A stretch of DNA of 64,000 nucleotides from Prorocentrum cordatum (taxonomy: Eukaryota). The stretch spans positions 1,116,001 through 1,180,000 of the forward strand of contig CAUYUJ010000225.1 in the NCBI GenBank assembly GCA_963575745.1, written 5' to 3'. A program made the position numbers and the translations under genes. This document shows, piece by piece, positions 49,370-62,588 of the stretch (its first letter is position 1; each line of letters starts with the position of its first letter). A model generated the notes under the pieces. It had not been told where the DNA came from, ran no database searches, and saw only the letters and a list, made by a program, of their open reading frames with translations.

Positions 49370-49935
49370 GCCATCGTCTGCAGCAGACGATAGCAGACGA
49401 TAGGACCAGCTAGCGGCCGCCAGGAACCGCTGCAGACGATTGCAGACGATAGCAGACGATAGGTCCAGCTGGGGGCCGCCAAGAACTGGTGCAGACGATT
49501 GCAGACGATAGGATCTGATAGGGGCCGCCAGGGGTGGCTGTCGTCTGTTACCGTCTGCAGCAGACGATAGCAGACGATAGCAGACGATAGGGATAACTAG
49601 GGGCTGCCAGGGCCCGCTGCAGACGATAGAGAAACGGTGCAGACGATAGCAGACGATGGGATCTGATAGGGGCCGCCTGGGGTGGCTGTCGTCGGCTATC
49701 GTCTGCAGCAGACGATAGCGGACGATCTCAGACGATTGGACCAGCTGGGAGCTGCCAGAACCCGCTGCAGACGAAAACTGACGACAGCACGAAACCAGCT
49801 GTGGGGCCGGCATGAATCGCAAGGGGCAAACAGCAGGCAACAAGACACTTGGGTGCAATCGTCTGCTATCGTCTTCTATCGTCTGCTATCGTCTTCTATC
49901 GTATGCTTTCGTCTGCTATCGTCTGGCACCAAATA
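49370..49935. repeat. 10-bp GCAGACGATA repeat cluster in both orientations
   Basis: gcagacgata arrays, with tatcgtctgc copies at ~49850-49925. Confidence 0.85.
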
Positions 49936-50339
49936 GCCGACAGCGTTTGCAACTACAATGTGCTTTTTTAGCCTTTCAAGATGGGCCCAAGGTAGTCCAC
50001 GGGAGCCCCAAGAGGGGCTGAAGAGGGCCCCAACACGGCCCCAAGAGCTCCCAAGAGCGCTCCAAGAGCGGCCAAAGAGGGTCCCAAGATGCCCTTTTTA
50101 AGCCTCCGAGGGAGAGGACCTGAATTGGGGACATCCCTCTTTTTGAACAAATGGGGGCCAAGACGGCCCAAGAGACCTCCCAGACCCCCACAAAGAACCC
50201 CAAGAGGGCCCCAAGACACCCAAAAAGAGCCCCAAGAATGCCCCAAGAGGGCCCCCAAGAGAACTCCAAGAGACCCCCAAGATGGCCCCAAGAGACCTCC
50301 GAGAAAATGCGTCCGAGGCGATTGTTACACAGCCTGCTT

Positions 50340-51312
50340 CCACCATCACCGTCAGCACCAGCAGCAGCACCAGCAGCAGCAGCACCACAACCACCACCAA
50401 CAGCACTAGCCGTAGCGGCAGCACCAGCAGCACCACCATCACCACCAGCACTAGCAGCAACACCAGCGGCACTAGCAGCACCAGCAGCACGAAACCCGGC
50501 AACACCAGCAGCAGCACCAGCAGCACCAGCACCAGCAGTACCAGCAGAGGCAACAGCACCAGCAGCAACACCAACACCCTTCAGTACCAGGGATCTCCCA
50601 ATTCACCGTTGCTGCCCGCGCTATTTCACCATGTGCGTCTCTCCCCCCCTTCTCCCGTCAGCTCTCCTGGGCATCGGTCCTGGATGGGCTGGTGGGAACA
50701 CGCGAAGCGTCAATAAATGCCCTCCAGAGGCCTCCGAGAATACTCTGAAGAGGCCCGAAAAGCATCCCCGAAACTCTGGCCCACAACCCAAGCACTGTGG
50801 CGGGGTGGGACAAAGCCCATTGGGATGATCATGAACATCATCAGCATCGTTGTCATTTGCATATTCGACCACATCATGGGCAGCATCAGTGCCATCAGTA
50901 TCCACACCAACAACACATGTCTCATCATCGTACGCGTCAGCATCCCATCAGCATCAACATCCGCATCGCGGAAGCCAAACTGACCATCAACAGCATCCTT
51001 GTCACCACTATCCACACCAACAACATGCGCATTGTCATAGTAAGCGCCATCACCCTAACCAGCATCAGCGTCCACGAACAAATCGCCAGAAACATCATTA
51101 TCGTGAGCGTCGCCATCTGCAACATCCGAGTCATCATCGTACTCCAGCATCATCGAAATCATTATCACAACTATCAGCACCATCATCACAACCAAAATCG
51201 TAACAATGAGCGTCATCAGCAGTACCACCATCGACAGAATCATCGCCACGATCGTCCAAACCCTCCTCATCGTAATAAGCTGAAACTTCGGCCTCATCAT
51301 CATCGTTGTCAC

Positions 51313-51397
<85 letters not shown>

Positions 51398-52670
51398 GGC
51401 ATCACCACCACGAACACAGGATCTCCGGGGAGCTCCGGGGACCTTCGTGGATCTCTGGGGGTCTAGGTCCAGGGCGGGAGCAAAACTAACCATCAACAGC
51501 TAACTTGTCACCACTGTCCACACCAACAAAATGCGCATTGTCGCAATAAGCGTCAACACCCTAGTCAGCATCAGCGTCCAGAAGCAAATCACCAGAACAT
51601 ACTTATCGTGAACGCCGCCATGTGCAGCATCCAAGTCATCATCGTACTTGACATCATCGCCCAAATCATTATGTCAATATCAGCAACACCATCGTCACAA
51701 TCAAAATCGTTACAATGATCGCCATCAGCAAATCCTCGTCGACGGAGTCATCACCGCGATCGTACAAACCATCCTCATCATCATAAGCACACGCTTCAGC
51801 CTCATCATTAGCATCATGGTCGTCGTCGTAATCATCATTGCCATGGGCATCACCGCAACGAACACAATCAGCATCATCACTACCATCGTCGTCGTTATGA
51901 TTCTGACATGCCTCATCAATAGTTATCATCTACTTATTTCCCTCCCTTCCTCCTCACCAGCACCATTCATGCTGTCGTCCTCCTCATCACTTTTTCAACA
52001 ACGAGAGAATTGCCATACTAAGGGCCATCACCCTGATCAGCATCAACGTTCAAAAGCAAGCCACCCGAAATATCACTATCATGAACGCCGCCATCTGCAG
52101 CATCCAAATCATCATCATCGTACTCATCATCATACTCATGATCCAAGTCGGGCATCTCGACATCAGCACCACCATCATCATCACAACCAACATCGTTGCA
52201 ATGATCGCCATCAGCATTTCCCTCCCTTTCGACGGAATCAACACCACGATCGTACAAACCATCCTCATCATCATAAGCGCATTCTTCAGCATCAGAAACA
52301 TCATCGTCGTCATCATCACTGTCATGGGCATCACCACCACGAGCACAATCATCATAATCAGTACCATCGTCGTCGTTATGATCATCATCTCCCTCATCAT
52401 TACGATGGTCCTGATAACATGCTATCCTCTACCTGCTTCCCTCGCTTCCTCCTCACCAGCACCATTCATTTTGTTGTCATCCCCCCGCTTCTTCAACAAC
52501 GGGCGCACTGCCATAATAAGCGCCAGCACCCTGATCAGCATCAGCGTTCAAAAGTAAAACACCATAACACAAGTATCGTGAACGCCGCCAGCTGCAGCAT
52601 CCAAGTCATCATCGTACTCATCATCATCATCATCATCATCATCATCACCATCATCATCACCATCATCATC
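50340..52670. repeat. (CAG/CAC)n and degenerate (ATC)-rich repeats
   Basis: Directly visible; the ATC-rich block has ~3 diverged higher-order units. Confidence 0.85.
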
Positions 52671-52970
52671 CAAATCTTTATCTCAATACCAACACTATCA
52701 CCAATCTAATCAAAATCGTCGGGTGATCCGGGAATCTGGTGAATCCGGGAGTCCCGTGGTCCTGCGAGCCCGGCGAGTCCGGTGGGTCCGGTGGGTCCAT
52801 TGTGTCTGGTGTCCAGTGTGTTTGGTGTGTTTGGTGTGTTTGGTGTGTCCGGTGTCTCCGGTGAGTCCGTTGCGTCCGGTATGTCCGGTGTGTCCGGTAT
52901 GTCCGGTGGCCGGCGTGTCCGGTGAGTCCGCTGAGCCCAGCGCGGTGGCTGGGGCAGCAAGGAGGACCAT

Positions 52971-54208
52971 TCTGGTTCGCGTCTGGGCCTCGCGTCTGGT
53001 GTCTCAAGTCCGCGCGCGACGGCACTGCACGCGCCACAGCGCTCATTGCCCAGAATCCAAGCCGTCGTGGACGAGGGGTCGAAATCGATCCGTTGCCCTT
53101 GCCCGACCACCTGCTGCAGCGATTGTCCTTCGACTTGCCGCCGCCCTTGCCCTTTAAAGGGCAACGGCGGCGGCAAGGACCCCGGCAGAGGCAAAGGAAT
53201 TCCTTTGCCTCTGCCGGGGTTCTTGCCTGCTGCCTGACCGCCGGCTGCCGCACTCTCGTCCACCGCGCGTCCGATCCTTCCTTTGAAGAACCCCCTTGCC
53301 GCCCGCAGTTTGTTCATCTTGAGGCGGCTCTCTCGCGTCGTGATGAGGGTTTGGTGGCAGTCGTCGTCTTCTTCCGCCACGAACGCGTCAGCTTCATCCT
53401 CGAGGTAGAACAGGTGATTGCTGTCCCGGTCGCCTTCCTCGTCCTCCTCCGTACACGTGTAGACTCCGTGGCCTTCGCCCCATTCATACCAGTACCCGTC
53501 GTCGTCCTGGACCCATTACTCACCGTGGTGCGGGTCCTCTCCATCAGCTTGTCCGTGTTCGGTATCATTCGCATGCATCGTCCATTTCCAGCCCGTCCTG
53601 TTACCTTGTCCTCGGTGCCTGCTTCCGCCGCAAGGGAAGAGGTTCTTCAGCGTAGTTGAGATCTTCACAGAATTGAACATCCCATCCGCCCTCGCGATCA
53701 CCAGGTTACGCTCAACCTTGTCCAAACCGCTACGCTTCAGCGTGTGGTACCGTAGCTCGTTCGAACTGATATTCGTGTCCGGGTCCACTTCCTCCAAGTT
53801 CCGTTTCGCCACCTCCATGGCCGCGCAGAACGTCGCCATCGGCTCTTCACCTTTCCCTTCGATGTGTGCGACGTCGAAGAACGTGCCGAACGCCTTTGGT
53901 AACTCACGGAAACTGCACTGTGCGAAGCGTTCGGTTTCTAGAAACTTCAGCAACACGTTAGCCCCACCCTCCACGGCGTAGTCAGTCCCTCGGGTCCGTC
54001 TGCTCGATCAGCACGCTGATCGAGTTGTCTGCGCCGAAGAGGTTCCGATACAATTTCGGGCCTAGGGTTGTACGTTGTTCTTTCGACTCGCATCCTGGCT
54101 CCGCCGCCCGAGCAGCCCCTTGTACCTGGTGAAAACCTTCAACGTTTCGCCCTTCAGCGCCAGGATCTTGGGATCGACTGAACTGTCGTCGTTCTCTCCA
54201 GTCGCCAT
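52971..54208 (-). pseudogene. Gag of the inner Copia (frameshifted)
   Basis: MATGENDD...TLGPKLYRNL...ELPKAFGTFF...EEPMATF...LKRSGLDKVER...LKNLFP...KMNKLRAARGFF. Confidence 0.82.
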
Positions 54209-54270
54209 GGCACGTGGGGATGGCCAGTCTTCGCAATCTCGTCCCGGAGTCCATGGGGCCAACCACGGAA

Positions 54271-54281
54271 CTCCGCTACCA
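54271..54281 (-). promoter_or_regulatory. Primer-binding site, initiator tRNA-Met type
   Basis: TGGTAGCGGAG, 1 nt after the 5' LTR; the canonical iMet PBS is TGGTAGCAGAG. Confidence 0.8.
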
Positions 54282-54282
54282 A

Positions 54283-54467
54283 CCTCGTTATCACTGTCGC
54301 TCCCTCCTCGCTCGTGTCCTTCCCGTCGGGGTGGGGCCAAATCCAGAGAACCTCGGTCGTCTGACCGGAGATAGGCGCTCCTTTTGCTTGGGCCCAAACG
54401 CTGGCGCTAAGGTAAGCGCGTCAGTACAATGAAACAGGGGAACGTGGGTCTGACCCCCCACAATCCA
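54283..54467 (-). repeat. 5' LTR of the inner Copia
   Basis: Direct repeat of 41077-41306, bounded by the PBS and the TSD. Confidence 0.9.
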
Positions 54468-54998
54468 GTGGGTGATGTGACCTGAACCCAGCGGCGGGGG
54501 CGCGCGAAAGCGTTGTCTGGAAACGTTTCACTGGCGCCGCCGCTGCGGGTGCTCCCACCGACACAACGTTCATCAACGAAGGTTGGGGAAGAGGAAGAAG
54601 GCGAGGCGAATCCAGCCGTGACTCCGAGGCCAGTTGCAGGCGTTCCCACCAGAAGCATGAGAACGATCAAAAGCGGCGCCAGGACGCGTCCCAGCGGGCG
54701 TCTTAGGTTCCGCAACAGTATGAGAGGTCCTCGGCATGCGAGCGCGCGCGCGAAGCGGCTGCAGCGGAGAGTCTGGTAAAAGTTCGCCAAGAGCAACCGC
54801 GAGCGAGGCGGTGTTTCCTTCTCCTGAGAGAGGGGGGAAATGGGTATCACAAGTTCTCTCGCCCTCTCCGTAGTGTCGTCGCGGCCGCGCGCCGTCGAGG
54901 ACGCCGCGCGCATAGAGGCACTGCTCCCCGAGTGGGGCAGTGCCCTGCAGCGGGGTCAACGATGACGCGAGTCGCAACGGCGAAGAGCGTAAAATAAT

Positions 54999-55010
54999 AG
55001 GCTGGTAACC
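54999..55010 (-). promoter_or_regulatory. Putative half-tRNA-type PBS of the outer element
   Basis: GGTTACCAGCCT immediately after the LTR's CA; resembles the Drosophila copia GGTTATGGGCCC internal-tRNA PBS. Confidence 0.5.
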
Positions 55011-55356
<346 letters not shown>

Positions 55357-56303
55357 ACGGCCCAAGAGGCCTCCAAGACGGCCCCAGGATGGCCAGCACC
55401 CCAAGAGGGCCCCAAGAGGCCTCCAAGACGGCTTCCGACGGCGTCAGACGAGCCAGGGGACCATCAAAACGGCCCAAGATGGCCAAAAGACAGCCCGAGA
55501 GGCCCCCGAGAGGCCTCCGGGACGCCCCACTAGACCTCCAAGAGGGCCCCCAGGAAGGCCCGCAGAGGCCAACATCATTGATTATCCTTAGGTTCTCGAA
55601 GGATGTTGGCATTTGCTTCTCTTCTGCCTTTCAATGGACCGACGCGGCCCCAGAGCCCCAAAGATCGTCCCAAGATCGCCCAAGAGGCCTCCAACATGGC
55701 CCCAGAACGGCCCGAGATGGCCCCTAAGACGGCCCAAGAGGCCCCCAAGACGGCCCCAAGAGGGCCCCAAGACGGCCAAGATGGCCTCCAAGACGGCCCT
55801 GGAGCACCCCAAGAGGGCCCCAAGTCGGCTCAGAGAGGCCCTCAAGACGGCTTCCCCGCCATCCTCCCCAAAGTGTTCCCCAAAAAAAATCCACAACGGC
55901 TGGGGGAACACATGGTCTGTTAGCTTGGCAGAGCTCTTGCCACAACGCTTAGCCACATGGGCGATTGCAGAGGGCAGGGGGCGGCGGTGATTCGCCCTGG
56001 GCGTGTTCGGTACCTACTTTCAACGACCGACCTGTAACCTTGGAAACTTCCACCCTGGGCTAACCCCCCCTCCTAAAAAAAACCCTGAGAGCGAACTTCG
56101 GCGACTCCGAAGGGTGTGGTTTGCAAAAAGGGTGTGGTTTGCAACCAGCACCCTGGGGTGCGGGCGAAGACCTCGACAGAGCTCTCCGCCGCGCTCCGAC
56201 GAGGCCCGACCAGGGCAACGGGGTGCCCCAACCCACCCAGATCGCAGACAACACCCCAGCGCAACCATGCCTATAGTGTTGGGAAAGCGAGCTCCCCCCG
56301 TCA

Positions 56304-56439
56304 CGACCCCATCCCCGAACCTGCGATCCAGGGGGTCGGGACTGGGGGTGGGGGTGGGTTTTCGGGGTCCGAGGATGGAGAAAACGCCCCCGCCCCCAGT
56401 CCCGACCCCTCGAATCGCCGGCTCAGGGATGGGAGTCGG
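56304..56439. repeat. Inverted repeat with ~50-bp arms (MITE-like hairpin)
   Basis: cgaccccatccc..gggtcgggactggggg / cccccagtcccgaccc..gggatgggagtcg. Confidence 0.7.
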
Positions 56440-56869
56440 GACTCGGGGTGAGGGTGGGTTTCGCCCTCTGGCATGTAGTCGCCGAGAGCTGCGCGCCCCG
56501 AAGACGACCCGAACCCGGCGCCACCGATCACCTTGCCAGAACGAGACAGAATGCGGCCTCGGGTGCTCGGGCACACCCCGCGAAGACGGGAACACCTGGC
56601 GGCGAAGGGAAGCGCCGGCCCGGCCAGGGGCCGCAGCGCGAGGGCCCTCTGCCGAGCCAGGCCCCGACGTGCTCCGACAGCCAGAGCAGCCCGTCTGACG
56701 ACCTCTGGCGGCCCAGGGGCTTGCTCGAGCCTGACGCGAGGACGCCCCCGACGCGCAACGAAAGCCCCGCCACAGTTTGCAAGGGCCATAGTCTGCGGGT
56801 TGCGCGGCTGAGACGCGGGAGAGGGAGGAGGGGGAGGAGGAGGCGGAGGAGGAGGAGGAGGAGGAGGAA

Positions 56870-57200
56870 TAATACTAATAATACTAGTAATACTAATAAC
56901 ACTAATAATACTAATAATACTAATAATACTAATAATACTAATAATAACAACAACAATAATAATAATGATAATAATAATAATGATAATAATAATGATATTA
57001 ATGATAATAATAGTACTAGTAATAATAATACTAATAATAATAATACTAATAATACTACTACTACTAATAATAATAAGAATAATAAGAATAAAAATCATAA
57101 TAATAATAATAGTAATAATAAGAATAATAATACAAATAATAATACGAATAATAAGAATAATAATAATAATAAGAAAAATAATAATAATAATAATAATAAT
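56870..57200. repeat. (AAT)n microsatellite
   Basis: Directly visible. Confidence 0.95.
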
Positions 57201-58544
57201 ATCAAGAGGAGCATCAGACAGAACCGGGAGACTCGGAAGCGAGGGGTACGGATGGCCCAAGAATCCTGCAAGACGCTCAAAGAGGCCTCCAGGAGCAGTC
57301 CCAAAGAGCGCCTCGAAAACAAAAACAATAGATTTCCCATGTATTTTCGATTATTTCGGCGTTCTCGCCTCCCGCTCCCCGACGCTCCAGGACGGCCCAA
57401 GCGGCCTCCGAGATCGCCCCCAGGCAGCCCGAGAGGGCTCCTCGAGCGACCCAAAACGGCCCAAGAGAGTCCCAAGACGCCTCCAAAAGGGCCCCAGAGG
57501 CCCCCAAGACGGCTCCAAGACGGTGCCGAGACGACGGACCAAAACGGACATTTCGAGCCCTCCGCCCCGAGTGCTCCCAGGAGAAACCAAGAGGCCCCCG
57601 AAAGGCTCCCAAGGAACCCCGAAGAGACCCCAAGATGTTCCCGAAAGCCCCCCGGGAAGCCCCAACAGGCCCCAAAGAGGCCCCCAAGAGACCCCTGCAC
57701 TGTCCCCCGAGGCCCCCAAGAGCGTTTCACCCACACCCCAAGAAGCATTCCTGAGGACTCTGACCCACGTCAGCGTCGTCGTCGTCGGCAGCCCGACGGT
57801 ATATACACAGTAGAGTCGTCGTCGGCAGCCCTTCGGCATCCTGGTAGATTGCGAATCCATTGCGACTCCTCCGCCATCCAGCTCCTCATCCCTCCTCCTC
57901 ATCCCTCCTCCTCCTCCTCCTCCTCCTCCTCCTCCTCCTCCTCCTCCTCCTCCTCCTCCTCTTAATCATCTTCCTTCCTCCATCCCTTTCCCCGTCCCCT
58001 TCACCCTTCACCTCCTCCGTCCCCCTCTCCTCCTCCCTCCCATTTCTTAGCTGTTTGAATTTTGTTCATCGTCGCTGTCTTCGTTGCCGTCCCCCTTCAG
58101 GGTCGGCGGCACGGGCCGTAAGGCCTTCGCAATATCAGGAGGAGCATCAGCCAGGACTGGGAGACTCGGAGGCGAGGGGCTCGGGTCGATCCTGAACCCA
58201 TCCCTCCCATCCTGATCTTCGGTCCTTTGGGCTGCTGGCGTCTGGGGCCAAGTCGCCCGCTTCTCGACCCAGCGGGGCGCGCAGAGCCGAAAAGTGGTAC
58301 CCCTGGGAGGAGGTGCGGCACTGAAGGGGGGAGCAGGGAGCGGGGAGGGAGGGAGGAGCTCCCAATGCTGGAGATCCCGCTTCCTTCCCTGGACGCTCCA
58401 GCGCTACGAGCACGCGGGCACGGGGCACCCAGATAAGGCCCGGGTTCTCCAGCACGGCCATGGAGGTTGTGAGCGAGGTGTCCTGTCGCGAGCAACCACT
58501 GCGAAGGGCGGATGACCCCGAGCACCACCGCGCTGCTGCTCACT

Positions 58545-58707
58545 CCTCCTCCTCCCCCCTCCTCCCTCCTCCTCCTCCTCCTCCTCCTCCTCCTCCTCCT
58601 CCTCCTCCTCCTGCCTCCTGCTCCTGCTCCTCCTCTTCCTCCTCCAAATCCTCCTCCTCATCAGCATCACAACCACCACCACCGTCATCATCGTCATCAT
58701 CATCATG

Positions 58708-58794
<87 letters not shown>

Positions 58795-58999
58795 GTCATC
58801 AACATCATCATCAACAACATCATCAGCAGCAGCAGCAGCATCATCAGCATCATCAGCATCATCAGCATCATCATCATCATCGTCATCATCGTCATCATCA
58901 TCATCATCATCAGCACCATCATCATCATCACCATCAGCATCATCAGCATCATCAGCATCATCAGCATCATCAGCATCATCATCATCGTCATCGTCATCG

Positions 59000-59033
<34 letters not shown>

Positions 59034-59228
59034 TATCATCGTCATCATCATTATCATCGTCATCAACATCAACAACAACAGCATCATCATCAGCAACAGT
59101 AGCGTCATCATCATCATCAGCATCATCAGCATCGTCATCATCAGCATCATCATCATCAGCAGCATCACCATCACCATCCCCATCCCCATCCCCATCCCCA
59201 TCACCATCACCATCACCATCACCATCAC

Positions 59229-59283
<55 letters not shown>
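58545..59283. repeat. (CCT)n + (ATC)n microsatellite
   Basis: Directly visible. Confidence 0.95.
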
Positions 59284-59285
<2 letters not shown>

Positions 59286-61359
59286 TCTCCCTCCTCCCTC
59301 CCCCTCCCCTTCACCAGACCGACAGCGCTGCATGAGAACGAGGAAATCCGGGACGAAGATGAGAATGACTTGACGGGGTGCAGGATGAGGATGACGTGCC
59401 CCTGGTCCCGTCGAGGCCTTGGGATACTTCGAGGAAACACATGCAGGTCTACAAATGCCTCCAAGAGGCACCGGGAGTCCAGGTGCCCAGAACTGCGGCT
59501 CATCAAGGCCCCGCGAAGGCACCACTGGTTCTGCTTCAACTGATGAGTTCGGTCCGGCGCTTTCGCGCGGAGTGTCCTTGGAGAATTGGAACCCTCTTGG
59601 AGGGCCATCGTGGAACTACCTTGGGTCGAAAACAGGGACAATGAAATCATGAAAACACACGGTGTGTTTCAGCCATGTGGGCCTCTCGAGCCCAAAAAAG
59701 CATCGAGGAAGCACAAAAAGGCATCGAATGGGGAAACCAAAACGTACCGATACCGCTACTCCCGAGACCTCCCCTGGGGTGCGTTCTGACCAGAATTCCG
59801 AGGCGAATCCAGCGGTGGCGACGAGGGCCTCCCAGGAAGCCCCCAAAAAGGGTAAAACGGGCAGAGGGTAGCGGTATTGGTACCTTTTTCCTCCTGAGCT
59901 TAGTGCTCTTCTAGGCCATCCCCACCCAGACGTCGCCCGCCGCCCCTGTAGGATGTGTGGCTAGTCGGCTACTTACGTGGTGAACCATGAGGGGGGCGGG
60001 CTCACATAACCGTTCCAGACCACCCCGTCAACGAGCTTTCGTGCTTCATTTGGAGCTCCAATTGGGTCAGCACGGCTTCCAGACAGCCCAGGCTGCCTCC
60101 AAGAAGGCCTCAAGATAGCCTTGTGCAGTCCAACATGGCTCAACGATGGCCCAATCAAGTCCCCGATAATTAGCCTCGAATATGACACTAAATGGCCAAC
60201 GATGGCTCAAGATAGACGACTCATGACGACTCAAGTGGCCACGGAGCCTCCCAAGGAGGCCCTCGAGAGGCTCAAATCCTCCAACAACCTAAGAAAAAGT
60301 AATACGTGTTGCAGTCTCGCGTCTTCGCATCCGATGGGCCTCTGAGGCCTTTTGCGAAGTTGGCAGCCCCCCAGGACGCGCGAGGTCCACTCTGGATATA
60401 CGTGTGCCCCCAGTCTGCTGGGCCTCCCAAGATCTCACGAGCGTGGCGACAGTTGCGCAGGTGGCAGCCCCCCAGAGAGCGCGAGAGGGCGCAAGTTTTT
60501 AGGCAGGGCAGGAAGGAGGAGCCAGACGGGGCAGGGGAGACGGAGGGGGAGTCGGGAAGGAGAGCGGAGGCGGGAGGAGAAGGAGGCGCGAGCAGTGTTC
60601 CATTAAAGACGAGGACCTGGCCAGAAGGAGGGTCGGTACTTGGAAGTTTCGCGCAGGAGGTAAGTCTCTGCCGAGTATCAGCATGTCCACCCCACCTTGC
60701 TGAGCACACCCGCTGTGTGGCATCTCTGGCTCGAAGACGCGTCTGCTCTCAAGGGGGGCAGGCGCAAGTTTCACCTACCGACTACTTCAGTATACATGTG
60801 TTGACCAGGGCAATGTGTGAGTGGGATGGCTATCATGAGCAATCGCTCTTACTTGTTGTGCGAGTGTGTGTGTGTGCATCTGTCTGTGTGTGCGCATGTC
60901 TTGGAGGAATGGAACCAATTTGTGGGACCCAATACCTGCCGATCGAAGCCATACCGACCCAAGCCAAGCCGAACCAAGAGCGAATGGTCGACCGCGGCCA
61001 CTAGGGTCAAGTCCTTAGAGCACACATCAGAGCCTTTATGTGCAAGGCCTGCTTAGAAATGGAGGATGGATCAAACAATGCAAATGTCGTCTCGGGATCC
61101 AACGTTGCTGATCCACCCAACGCGGGGAGTCTAACCTATCAAGAGCTATGTGATCAGATGAGCAGAAGGGGTGGGATGCCAGATGATGTCAGCTGTGTTG
61201 GGCGCGCAGCTTTGGACCACCCTGATTCCAAGCAGCAACAACACGATACCAAGCTGCCGTGTGGTGGCCCGCACTGGCCTGGCTGCTTGACGAGGAGGCG
61301 CGTGGTACGAATTGGTTCTGCACCGAAGCGCAATCCGGCTCTCTCTCCCCTCCTCATCC

Positions 61360-61397
61360 CTCCTCCTCCTCCTCCTCATCATCATAATCATCATCAT

Positions 61398-61477
<80 letters not shown>

Positions 61478-62541
61478 GCATCAGCATGATCATCATCATC
61501 ATAATTCCCACCACCGCCACCACAATCACCATCAGCATCATCATCAGCATCATCATCATCTTGATCATGATCGTTATCATCAGCAGCATTATGATCATCA
61601 TCATCACTACCACCACCACAATCATCATCAGCATCATAATCAGCATCATCATCAGTGTCATCACAATCATCATCATCATTATCATGATCATGATCATGAA
61701 CATTATCATCATCAACAGCATCATCCTCCTCATCATCATCAGCAGCATCATCACCATCATCATCAGTATCATGATCAAGAGCATGATCACTATCAGCAGA
61801 GCATCATCATCAGCATCATCATCATCAGCATCAGCATCATTATCATCATCATCATCATCAGCAGCAGCATCAACAGCACCATCACCTTCAGCATCAGCAT
61901 CATCATCAGCATCATCACCAACATCATCGTCGTCGTCATCATAAGCATCATCAGCAGCAGCAACATCACCACAATCACCATCATCATCATCACCATCATC
62001 ATCATGATCATCATCATTATTACCATCGCCAATCCTGAGAATAACAGGACATACCTGGTCAGTCGGCCACGTGCGCACGAGGGCAACAACCAAGAAACAC
62101 AAAAACGCACAAAGACAGAAAACAAGGAGAGCGGCTATCCCTCCAAACCGTCAAGGTGAGGGGCCCCTCCTCCTCCTCCTCCTCCTCCTCCTTCTCCTCG
62201 TCCTCGTTCTCGTTCTCCTCTGATGCGCTCCTCCTCTTCCTCGTCCTCGTCCTCTTCCTCCTTCTCTCCTCCAAACCGTCAGGGAGATGGGCCCCTCCTC
62301 CTCCTTCCTCCTCCTCTCCAAACCGTCAGGGAGATAAGCCCCTCCTCCTCCTCCTCCTCCTCCTCCTCCAAACCGTCAAGGCGACAAACCCCTCCTCTTC
62401 CTCGTCCTCCTCCTCTCCTCCAAACCGTCAGGGAGAGGTCCCCCTCCTCCTCCTCGTCCTCGTCCCCCTCCTCCTCCTCCTCCTCCTCCTCCTCCTCCTC
62501 CTCCTCAGCATCATCATCATTCCCACCACCACCATCATCAG

Positions 62542-62588
<47 letters not shown>

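Larger units (their letters stand above)
48060..52968. mobile_element. Non-autonomous TIR element with a 2-bp AT TSD, carrying secondary repeat insertions
   Basis: TIRs ggtgcaccctgctgccccag / ctggggcagcaaggaggacc (17/20); AT at 48058-48059 and 52969-52970; removal gives in-frame ...PDANQN|PHATYI...; 9-bp gtccggtg(a/g) repeats lie inside both ends. Confidence 0.85.
41077..54467 (-). mobile_element. Decayed full-length Ty1/Copia retrotransposon (gag-PR-MTase-like-INT-RT-RNaseH)
   Basis: LTRs 41077-41306 and 54283-54467; TSD GTGGG at 41072-41076 and 54468-54472; iMet-type PBS; INT precedes RT. Confidence 0.93.

Noticed and set aside
60817..61330. Plus-strand protein-coding gene
   Set aside because: The sequence is unique-looking but has no recognisable motif, and the ORF length comes from the adjoining (ATC)n.
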